64,000 nt of DNA, taken from NCBI GenBank assembly GCA_038213805.1, contig JBBQSO010000003.1:63648-127647 (forward strand), given 5' to 3'. The notes under the pieces were generated by a model. That model saw only the letters and a list, made by a program, of their open reading frames with translations, searched no databases and was not told where the DNA came from. Shown here piece by piece: positions 47,317-56,200 of this stretch. Position numbers and translations under genes: made by a program. Each line of letters begins with the position of its first letter. Within the stretch, counting starts at the first letter, position 1. This DNA comes from Planctomycetota bacterium (GTDB lineage: Bacteria; Planctomycetota; UBA11346).

Positions 47317-49156
47317 TGATGTGGACCGCGAACGCCGCCTCGCCGACCACGCCGCCGGTGGCACCGCAGCCGGACTCGCCGACGAGCTGGCCGCGGATGC
47401 CGCGCTCGGCGCGGTGCTTGCAACCAGCATCGCTCTCGACCGCGCGCTGCGCACCGTTGCGCGGGGCCGGATCGACATCGACGCGGTGATGCGCGCCTTG
47501 CCCGCGCTCGCGGCGCGGACCGACCGCGCCATGCTGGTCGAGTCTGGGGCTCCGACCACGAGCGCCGAACGGCGTCTGGCTGACCGCGTCGCCGGCGTGC
47601 GCAGTGCCGCGTCTCAGGACGATCTCACCGCCACTCTCGAGATCGATGGTGGTCTGCGTCGCACCCTCGCCATCAGCACCGCGACTGACCGCGTGCTGCG
47701 CGCCGCCGCGCATGGCTGCATCGAAATCGACACGGTGATGCGCGCCCTGCCGGCGGCCCCGGCCGCCGGCCACGAGCGCCCCCTGACGATGTCGGGACGC
47801 GTGCTGCGTGCGCTCGGCACCCAGCCGGGGCGCGGGCGGCGCCGGGGCCAGGCGCGCCCGCGGGCGGCCCTGCCGGGCCTGCGCGTGCTGCCCGCAGCCG
47901 CGGCTGCAGCCCTGCTGGTGATCGGCGTGGTAGCGTTGTTGCACGCGCGCCCACAGCCCGCACCGGCCGTGCTGGTCGGCAGCCGCAGCGCGGTGTGGGC
48001 GCCGGCCCACCTGGGCGACGGCATCTTCGAACTGCGCTCCGGGCTCGCCGAGATCAGTTTCCGCAGCGGCGCACGCATCATCCTGGAAGGGCCGGCGACC
48101 CTTGAGGCGCTGACCCCGATGCGTGCCCGCCTGCACAGCGGCCGCTTGGTTGCCCACGTGCCCGAGGGCGCGCACGGCTTCAAACTTGAGACCGCCACTG
48201 CCGAAGTCGTCGATCTCGGCACCGAGTTCGGCATCGCCGTCACCGACGCCAACCATGCCGAGGTGCAGGTCTTCGCGGGCCGCGTGGTAACCGGCCTGAG
48301 TCCGGCGGCCGGCGGCCTCGAGGCCGCGCGGCTGACCCTGGTCGCAGGCCGCGCGGCGCGCCTTGACGCCACCACCGCCTCGGTGGTGCGCGTCCCCGCC
48401 GTGCTCGCGCGCTTCGTGCGCGAGATGGACACCGACCGTCTCGACCTCGACCTCAGCGACATCATCGCCGGAGGCGACGGGCGCGGCAACGGCAGCGCGG
48501 ACGGCATCGATCCACGCGACGGGCGCATCGTCAGCGCACCGGCGCTGGGCACCACCGTCGGCGACAACCGCTACCACCGCACCGCCAGCCCGTTCGTCGA
48601 CGGGGTCTTCATCCCCGACGGTTACCATGGACCGACGGTGATCAGCTCTGGCGGCCACTGGCTGCAGTTCCCGGTGACCAGCGGCAGCGGCTACGACCTG
48701 ATCCGTAACGGCGGTACGCTCGAGCACGCCGAATTCGGCGGCTCGCCCGAGAATCCGCGCATCCCGCCGGTGTTCGGCAGCTGTGACTTTGGCGAGTTCG
48801 GCCACACCGCGCTCGGCATGCATGCCAACGCCGGCTTCACCGTGGACCTCGCGGCGCTCAGCCGCTTCCACCACGGCCTGAAGGCGACGCGCCTGACCGG
48901 CATGGTGGCGAACATCGGGCGCAAGAAGAGCAACACCGGCGACGCCGATTTCTGGGTGATCCTCGATGGCCGCATCCTGCTCCACCAGGACCACATGTAC
49001 CCCAGTGACCGGCCCCTCAACCTCGATCTATGGATCCCGGACGACAGCCGCTTCCTGACCCTGGTGTCGACCGACGCGGGCGACGGCGTCACCCTCGATT
49101 GGCTCAGCCTGGGCGACGCGCGGCTGCGCATGGCGGCGGTGCCAGAGGGTCCTTGA
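47309..49156 (+). CDS. FecR-type anti-sigma factor with C-terminal NPCBM-like domain
   Basis: Overlaps the sigma gene; TM helix; LRSGLAEI.F.SGA.IILEGPA and VVDLGTEFG motifs; C-terminal MHANAGFTVDL...RFLTLVSTD.GDG...DW. Confidence 0.85.
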   Translation: MPDDVDRERRLADHAAGGTAAGLADELAADAALGAVLATSIALDRALRTVARGRIDIDAVMRALPALAARTDRAMLVESGAPTTSAERRLADRVAGVRSAASQDDLTATLEIDGGLRRTLAISTATDRVLRAAAHGCIEIDTVMRALPAAPAAGHERPLTMSGRVLRALGTQPGRGRRRGQARPRAALPGLRVLPAAAAAALLVIGVVALLHARPQPAPAVLVGSRSAVWAPAHLGDGIFELRSGLAEISFRSGARIILEGPATLEALTPMRARLHSGRLVAHVPEGAHGFKLETATAEVVDLGTEFGIAVTDANHAEVQVFAGRVVTGLSPAAGGLEAARLTLVAGRAARLDATTASVVRVPAVLARFVREMDTDRLDLDLSDIIAGGDGRGNGSADGIDPRDGRIVSAPALGTTVGDNRYHRTASPFVDGVFIPDGYHGPTVISSGGHWLQFPVTSGSGYDLIRNGGTLEHAEFGGSPENPRIPPVFGSCDFGEFGHTALGMHANAGFTVDLAALSRFHHGLKATRLTGMVANIGRKKSNTGDADFWVILDGRILLHQDHMYPSDRPLNLDLWIPDDSRFLTLVSTDAGDGVTLDWLSLGDARLRMAAVPEGP

Positions 49157-50006
49157 GACTCAATCGACAGGTCATGCACACGACTTCGGCGACGGTGATA
49201 CTCGCATCGACGATGAGGCCACCAGGCTGCTGACGCCACCGCGCGGTGATACGCGCCTCGTCACCGGGTCGCACCGCGGACGTAAACTTTGCGCGCATAA
49301 CCTCGCCCAGGGTCCAGTTCCCACCGCTGCCGCGTCGCACGGCGGCGAGCGTCCCCGCGAGGAGGTGGACGCCGGGCACCAGTGGATGTCCGGGGAAGTG
49401 GCCGGCGAACAGCGGCAAGTCGACCGGGAAGCGTAGGAGCGCAGAGATCACCTCCGGCGACTGAGCCTGCCACGATTCCAGGGCGGACACCGCCTGCCGT
49501 TGTGGAGCGAAATCCACGGTCGGCGATCCATGGTGGTCAGGCTCCGCAGATGTGGCGGGAGGTGCTGCCGCATACCCGTCGCCGGCCGACGCGCCTGCTG
49601 GTCCCGCGATCTCGACCCCCTCGGCGACCGCGAGCGTGCCGCGCATCACCTCAGCTGCGGCGGCATCGCGGATGGTGACATGAGCCTCACGCAACGTCCC
49701 GAGCGCCATCCCCCAGGTAAGGTCGATCTCAAGCTGTTCGTCGCGGGTCGCGGTTCGGCCCACAGTGCAGGCGCGGACCGCGACCAGCGCCCCTGGGCGC
49801 GGCGCAGCGCCCGTCGCATGGCCGGCGGCGCCGGCGAGGACCGCGGCGGCCTGCGCTGCGCCCTCGAGCAGGGCCAGCGGATCGTCGGCGAACCCGCGCA
49901 GCAGCCGCACGCGGCCGCCGGCAGCCGCGCATTCCAGCACCGCCGCAATGAGCAGGGCGGGAGAGCGGTGACGGGTGAGCGCGGCGGGCGCGGGGAAGGG
50001 CGTCAT
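49104..50006 (-). CDS. Double hot-dog acyl-ACP dehydratase (ApeP-like + ApeI/FabZ-like fusion)
   Basis: N-domain HRSPALLI...LLEGAAQAAA; C-domain FAGHFPGHPLVPGV...KFTSAVRPGD. Confidence 0.78.
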   Translation of the reverse strand: MTPFPAPAALTRHRSPALLIAAVLECAAAGGRVRLLRGFADDPLALLEGAAQAAAVLAGAAGHATGAAPRPGALVAVRACTVGRTATRDEQLEIDLTWGMALGTLREAHVTIRDAAAAEVMRGTLAVAEGVEIAGPAGASAGDGYAAAPPATSAEPDHHGSPTVDFAPQRQAVSALESWQAQSPEVISALLRFPVDLPLFAGHFPGHPLVPGVHLLAGTLAAVRRGSGGNWTLGEVMRAKFTSAVRPGDEARITARWRQQPGGLIVDASITVAEVVCMTCRLSLKDPLAPPPCAAARRPG

Positions 50007-50011
50007 GCCGC

Positions 50012-50713
50012 TCAGAAGGGGCCGCCGGGCGGCGCCACCACCACGCGGTCGATGCTCGCCGAGGCCGGCGCTTCAAGCATGAAGCGCACCGCGGCGGCGA
50101 CGTCGGCGGCGCGGCACATGCGCGCGCGGTCGAAGGTCGAGTCGGCCGGCCAGACCTCGGTGTCGGTGGCCCCGGGCGCGACCACGCCGACGCGCACGTT
50201 GGTGCCGCGCAGCTCCTCGCGCAGGGTGCGGCTCCACACCTCGAGCGCGGCCTTGGTGCCAGCGTAGACGCCGCAGCCGGTGTAGGCGGCCTCGGCGGCG
50301 GTCGACGAGATGTTGATGATCCAGCCGCCATTGCGCCCGCGCAGGTGCACCAACGCGGCCTGGGTCAGCAGCATGGGCGCGGCGACGTTGAGCCGCCACA
50401 AGCGCTCGAGGTGGTCGGGCGAAATGCTGCCGATCGCCGCGGCCTCGAACACGCCGGCATTGTTGACCACCGCGTCCAGGCTGCCGTAATGCGCGACGGC
50501 TTGCGCGACCACCTCGGTCGGCGCGTTCGCCGCGGTGAGGTCGATGGCGATGGCCAGCGCCTGCCCGCCGGCCGCGCGAATGCGCGCGGCCAGTTCGTCG
50601 AGACGCTCGCGGCGGCGCGCGACCAGCACCAGGCGCACGTGTTCCGCGAGCGCCAGCGCGGTGGCCGCTCCGATCCCCGACGACGCCCCGCTGATGATGA
50701 CGACGCGGTTCAT
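50012..50713 (-). CDS. Short-chain dehydrogenase/reductase (NADP-type)
   Basis: SGASSGIG, VARR, NNAG, YAGTK, PG.TDT. Start at ATG 50713 after AGGGA. Confidence 0.92.
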   Translation of the reverse strand: MNRVVIISGASSGIGAATALALAEHVRLVLVARRRERLDELAARIRAAGGQALAIAIDLTAANAPTEVVAQAVAHYGSLDAVVNNAGVFEAAAIGSISPDHLERLWRLNVAAPMLLTQAALVHLRGRNGGWIINISSTAAEAAYTGCGVYAGTKAALEVWSRTLREELRGTNVRVGVVAPGATDTEVWPADSTFDRARMCRAADVAAAVRFMLEAPASASIDRVVVAPPGGPF

Positions 50714-50952
50714 GGCCGATCCCTCCCTGCCTGCCACCTTCTGCACCGCCGCACCACGCTCAAGCCGGATGCCGGGAACGGCTCGCGGTGCGCTGGATCT
50801 TCGCCAGTGGCACGCTGGGCAGCGTGAACTTTTGACGCAGAGTGCACCGAGCGGACGACCAGGGGCCGCAGAGGCGAATGGCGACGTGCAGATAGAAAGA
50901 GACTGGCCGGGCCTGGACATGGGGACAGGTCGGAACCCATCCGCTGCCTTCC

Positions 50953-50979
50953 CCCTCTGCGCCCTCTGCGCCCTCTGCG
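50953..50979. repeat. Tandem nonamer (CCCTCTGCG)x3
   Basis: Read directly. Complementary CGCAGAG words lie upstream at about 50836-50875. Confidence 0.8.
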
Positions 50980-51008
50980 TTTCAGTCCGCCGTCCCGGAC
51001 CCCCGTGA

Positions 51009-52502
51009 TCAGCGATAGAAGATCACCCACACCACCACCAGCACCGGCAGCAGGATGGGCAGGGAATAGCGCAGGAACTGGAAGAATCCCGGCACCGTGA
51101 CCGCCGGCTCGCCGCGCTCATCGCGCACGGTCTCGGCGATGGCCTTGACCATGAAATTAGGTCCGTTGCCGATGTAGGTCATGGCGCCCCAAAAGACCGA
51201 GGCCGCCGCAGCCGCGCCGAGCGAATGCGCGATCACCGGATCGCTGGCGTGGCCGAGCTCGGCTGCGCTCACGCCGAACTGGCCTTCAAGGCCGGCGAGG
51301 AAGGCGATGAAAGTCGGCGCGTTATCGAGCACCGCGGAGCAGAGCCCGGTGCCGAAGTAGTACAGGGAGGGCGTCAGCGGCAGACCAGCGATGGTGCCGG
51401 TCTGGGCCTCGTGGCGGATGAGCTCGAGCGCTGGCACCATGGTCGCGAAGATGCCGATGAAGAGCAGCGCGACCTCACGCAGCGGCGCGAAGGTGAAGCC
51501 GTTCGCCTGAAGGTGCTCGTGCCGTGACCAGCGCCACGCGGCCACGCCGATGGCGATGAGCAGCAGTTCGCGCACGAAGCTGACGCGCTGGCCGTGGAAG
51601 GGGATGCCCGGCACCCACGGCAGGCGCCCGGGATCGAGGAACAGCACGCCGACGGTCAGCGCCATCAGCGCCAGGTTGAGCCATCCCGACAGCCACAGGA
51701 TGCGACCCCGGCGCGGCCCGACAGATGGGCGGCCGTCCTTGACGTGCACCCCAGCCAAATCCACATTGCGCCAGTCGAACACCCAGAACGTCGCGAGCAA
51801 CAATCCCAGGCAGGTCAGCCAGGGCAGGAGGTTGAGCTCGAGGAAGTGCAGGAAATCGATGCCACGCAGGTAACCGAGCAGCAGCGGTGGGTCGCCGATC
51901 GGGGTCAGCGCGCCGCCGACGTTGGAGACCAGGAAGATGAAGAACACGATGTGGTAGGGGCGTAACCGGCCGCGATTGACGCGCATGAACGGACGGATCA
52001 GCAGCAGCGAGGCGCCGGTCGTGCCGACCAGGTTGCTGAGCACCGCGCCGCCCGCGAGCAGCAGCACGTTGGTGAGTGGCGTACCGCCGATGTGCAGGCC
52101 GACGACGATGCCCCCCGAGCACAGGTAAAGCGCGCCGATCAGGGTGATGAAGGAAGCGTACTCGAACCCGGCGTGCGCCATCGGCGCCGCGTCTCCGAGG
52201 CCGATGAGATAATAGGCGAGGGTGATCGCGCCCAGGCCGATCGCCACGTGGGGATACCAGTGGTGCCACCACCGCGGGGCCAGCACGGGGCCGCCGGCGA
52301 TCGCCAGCAGCAAGGCCGCGAAGGGCACCAAGGACCATACAGCGGGGAGGGTGTGGACGGCCGCGGCTGGGTCAGCGCCGGCGGACTCCGCCCCTGGAAG
52401 GCCGAGGCCTAGTGCGGACGCGCCCAGGAGGAGCGCAGCGCGGGCACCAACGCCCCCGGACGCGGCCACGGCCTCGAAAAGCAGGGGGCAGCGGGCTGAC
52501 AT
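51009..52502 (-). CDS. Putative sodium:proton antiporter (ion transporter superfamily)
   Basis: Multiple TM helices; GTTGAS.LLIRP, SNVGGALTPIGDPPL.LG, LDNAPT, GAMTYIGNGPNFMVKAIA. Start uncertain. Confidence 0.85.
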   Translation of the reverse strand: MSARCPLLFEAVAASGGVGARAALLLGASALGLGLPGAESAGADPAAAVHTLPAVWSLVPFAALLLAIAGGPVLAPRWWHHWYPHVAIGLGAITLAYYLIGLGDAAPMAHAGFEYASFITLIGALYLCSGGIVVGLHIGGTPLTNVLLLAGGAVLSNLVGTTGASLLLIRPFMRVNRGRLRPYHIVFFIFLVSNVGGALTPIGDPPLLLGYLRGIDFLHFLELNLLPWLTCLGLLLATFWVFDWRNVDLAGVHVKDGRPSVGPRRGRILWLSGWLNLALMALTVGVLFLDPGRLPWVPGIPFHGQRVSFVRELLLIAIGVAAWRWSRHEHLQANGFTFAPLREVALLFIGIFATMVPALELIRHEAQTGTIAGLPLTPSLYYFGTGLCSAVLDNAPTFIAFLAGLEGQFGVSAAELGHASDPVIAHSLGAAAAASVFWGAMTYIGNGPNFMVKAIAETVRDERGEPAVTVPGFFQFLRYSLPILLPVLVVVWVIFYR

Positions 52503-52625
52503 GGCGACACCCTAAAGGCCCCCGCTGCGAGCGCCACCCGGCGTCCCGGGCCCGCCGAGCGACGCAGCGCGCAGCACTGGCGTGGCCGCCAAAGTCGCCC
52601 AAGCTCCCGCCACCCCGAGGCACCC

Positions 52626-53186
52626 ATGATCCGCAAGAATCCCAACGGCGACCTGCCGGTGATCCACCCCTCCGCCTACGTCGACCAGACCGCGATCGTG
52701 TGCGGCAAGGTCTTCATCGGCGAAAACGTGTTCATCGGCCCCTACGCCGTGATCCGCGCCGACGAAGTCGATGCCGCGGGCGGCATGGAGCCGATCATCA
52801 TCGGCGCCAACTCCAACATCCAGGACGGCGTGGTCATCCACAGCAAGGCCGGCGGCCTGGTGCGCGTCGGCGAATTCTCGTCGATCGCCCACCGCTCGAT
52901 CGTGCACGGACCGTGCGTGCTTGGCGACCGCGTCTTCCTTGGCTTCAACAGCGTGGTGTTCAACTGCACCATCGGCAGCAATTCTGTGATCCGCCACAAC
53001 AGCGTGGTTGAGAACTGCCACGTCCCCGAAGGCTTCCACATCCCGTCGACGACCAACGTCCACAACGATGAGGACCTCGCCAAGATCCCGCTGGTGAACG
53101 CGGACATGACGTCGTTCTCGGAGAGCGTGGCGATGACCAACCTCGAATTGGTCAAGGGCTACAAGAAACTTTCCAACGAATTTTGA
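52626..53186 (+). CDS. Gamma-class carbonic anhydrase
   Basis: Hexapeptide repeats; IRADE, SNIQDGVVIH and IAHRSIVHGP supply three His metal ligands. Confidence 0.9.
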   Translation: MIRKNPNGDLPVIHPSAYVDQTAIVCGKVFIGENVFIGPYAVIRADEVDAAGGMEPIIIGANSNIQDGVVIHSKAGGLVRVGEFSSIAHRSIVHGPCVLGDRVFLGFNSVVFNCTIGSNSVIRHNSVVENCHVPEGFHIPSTTNVHNDEDLAKIPLVNADMTSFSESVAMTNLELVKGYKKLSNEF

Positions 53187-53210
53187 GCGCCCGCGGCGCG
53201 CCGACGCGGC

Positions 53211-56200
53211 TCACGGCGACGTGATCTCGACCTCCAGCGCTGCCCGGTGCAGCAGCACGTCGAGGCGCTGACACCAGGTCCGGTACGCCGCCGGCGGCGC
53301 AGTGCCCCGCGACAGGGTGAAGGACTGGCGCAGGACCGGCTGCGCGCCCGGAGCTAGCTTCTCGGAGAACGCCATCACGCCGTCATCGTCGGCGGGCACC
53401 TGGGCACGCAGCTGCGGCACACCTGTCGCGCTGCGACAGGTGGTCGTGACCGTGACGACCATGGCGCAACTGCGTGCGAAGGGTCGCTGGCGCTCGCCCG
53501 ACTGCTGTGCAGCCCACGCCCAGCGATAGCCACACCATACGTCCGGGATGCGCCCGGCGAGCCTGCCCGCGACGTGCTGCAGGCCATCGCGCAGACGGTA
53601 CTCGAGGTGCAGGTGCAGCGGCTGGTGCACGTCATCCAGGCCTGCAACGGTCAGCCGGTCGAGGATCAGGCCCGCACCGAGCGCGTCCTGAAGGCGGCGG
53701 CAGCGCGCGCTGTCGTCCTGGCCAGCGCACTCGCTGCGCCAGTGCGCTGCGGTGTAACCGCTGAGGTCCACGTCTTCGCTGCCACTGAGCGCGCCGTCTG
53801 CGGCGATGGCAATGGTACGCATGACCGCGATGCGGTCCTCGCCGGCGGGCGGCGCGGTGATGACGCGCGGCGCCCGCGCATCGAGCAGGAGCAACGGCCG
53901 GTCGGCCTCGTGAGGCGGCACCAGCTCGAGGTCAAGCTGCTTCGCGGTCGGATCGAGGAGCCGCATCCGCCCGTCCTGCTCGGCCACCACCACCATGTGG
54001 TTGAACTGGTCGAGGTCGGGCAGCCCATCGATGAGGTGCCCGCCTGGCACGAGCGCGAGGTGCGCCGTGACCCCGGCCGCGGCCAGCAGGCGCTGCAGCA
54101 GCACCGCCTGGTCCTTGCAGTCTCCAAGGCGCCGTTCCAGGGTACGCGATGCAGGTTGCGGGATGCGCCCGCGCCGTCCGAACTCGAGCGCACTGTAGGC
54201 CACCGTGCGCTGGACGTAGTCTGCGAGCACGCGTATCCGCCCAGCGACGCCTTCCACCCCGGCCACCTGCGCACGCGCGATGGCCGTGAGCGCCGCATCG
54301 TCGCCCAGGAAAGGCGCGAGCTCGGCGAGGTAGACGCCGGCCAGGGTCGCCCAGGTGCCGCTGTGCGGACCGACCCACACCACCGGCAGGTCGCTGGGGT
54401 CCTCCGGCACCAGCGGTTCCCAGAGGGTGGCGGGCAGGTCTTGGGCCTCGACCCTGGTGGAGCCGGGCGCTCCGGCGACCTGCTGTAGGCCGCCGCCGGT
54501 GACCAGCTCCAACGCGCCGGCACTGGCGGTCACGGTGACGACTGCGCGCTGCGTCGGGTGCGGGCCGGCGAGGCGCACGAGGGTGAAGGGTGGGGTGCCG
54601 TCGCCCGTGGGACGGGCGCGCGTGGTGAGCAGATCGATGACGCACCCGGGGCGCAGGCCGGGCACCGGCAGGTGTGCAACCTTGGCGGTGCCCGCGATCG
54701 GCCCGTCCTGCTCGTCGGCGACGTACCAGTCGTCGCGCCGCCCTTCGGCGAGGATGCGGCCCTGCTCGTCGCGCACCGTCAGCCGGTTGACGAAGAAGTC
54801 CTCCAGCGCCGGGTCGAAGTACAGGTTGATGGTGCTCCATGACTCACAGGCCGCGCGATCGGTGATGGCCACCACGCGGCGTTCGCTGTGGTGGAAGCCC
54901 TGCTCCGGCGTCCAGGACAGGGCCGCGGCGCGCAGCAGGTAGGCGCCCCCCGGCGGGTGGCCAGCGAGCGCCGGCACGGCTTCTTCGGCGATGCCCGGGA
55001 CCGCCGCAATCGGCGTGGCCAGGCGGCTGGTGTCGCCCTTGCCGAGCTGGCGGTCGATGGCTTCGAGGAATTCGCGCGCGGACTTGGCGGTGGGATCGAG
55101 CTCGAGCTCCTTGCGGAACTCGTCAGCCGCCTCGTGGAAGCGGTCGAGACGGTAGTCGGCGACGCCGAGCAGGTGGCGCAGGCGGGCGCTGCGCGGCAGG
55201 CGCACAACGGCCTGGGCGAGGTCCTCGCGCGCGGCGGCGGGGCGTTCGAGGTCGAGTTCGAGGTCGGCGAGCGCGGCTGCGGCCGCGGCATCGCGTGCGG
55301 CGCGGCCGGTGGCGGCGCGCAGCTCTGCGACCGCCGCATCGTCCTGCCCGTCCTCCCTCAACAGGCGCGCGTGCAGCTGGGCCCCGGCGAGGCTGGTGGC
55401 CAGCGCCGGGAACTCGGCGAAGGCCGCTTCGCCTGCGGTCGCTCCGCCGGCGGCGCGCAGCGCGGTGACGTACTGCGCGAAGTCGTCCGCGTCCTTCCAG
55501 CCGGCGGCGAACAGCGGCCGATACAGCGCCGCGGCCTGGGCGTGTTCGCCCAGCTGCTCGAGCAGGAACGGTTGGTAGGAGGCGAGCGCCAGATCGTCGC
55601 TGCTGCCGACCTGCGCGGTGAACCAGTCGAGCCCCTCCCGCCAACGCTCCAACCGGACGTAGCAGGTCAGCACTTCGATTTCGAGCTCCACCGCCTCGGC
55701 GCCGGAGGCGGGCAGCGTCGCGCGCAGCCACGGCAGGGCATCGACAAAGCGCTTTTTCGTTTTGTAATACCGTCCAACTGCGGCGGCGAAGGCGCGGTCG
55801 CACGCCGGATCGCTGGCTGGCGGCTGCGGGCGGGCCGCCTCGTCGGGGCCGAGACTGGCGAGGAGCGCGTCGCCGATGGCGTCCGCGTCCGTCCCTGCTG
55901 GAGTGGCGCACACCACCACCAGGGCGCGGCCGCCGACGATCATGGTCCAGGCGCGGCAGTCCGCCTTGCCATCCTTGTCGGTAAAGGTGTAGCGCATCGC
56001 CAGACCGCGCCCGGCGGGCAGCGCGATCCTGCGCTCGTCACGCACCGCACCGGCGGCGTAGTCGACGTGCACCAGGTCCAGCAGACCAGCGGCCAGGGCC
56101 TGGTCGCTGGGCTGACCAACCAGCGCGGCGCTGGCCACGAAGGCGAAGGTGCCGGTGGCGTGGTGGACGAACTTGGACTCGATCGCGGCATTGTCGTCGG

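Noticed and set aside
49104..49156. 53-nt convergent overlap as a regulatory feature
   Set aside because: Short 3' overlaps are common in high-GC genomes and the overlapping tail looks non-conserved.
50012..50713. SDR as FabG ketoreductase
   Set aside because: It lacks FabG-type GQxNY and C-terminal motifs, so its role in the lipid pathway rests on adjacency only.
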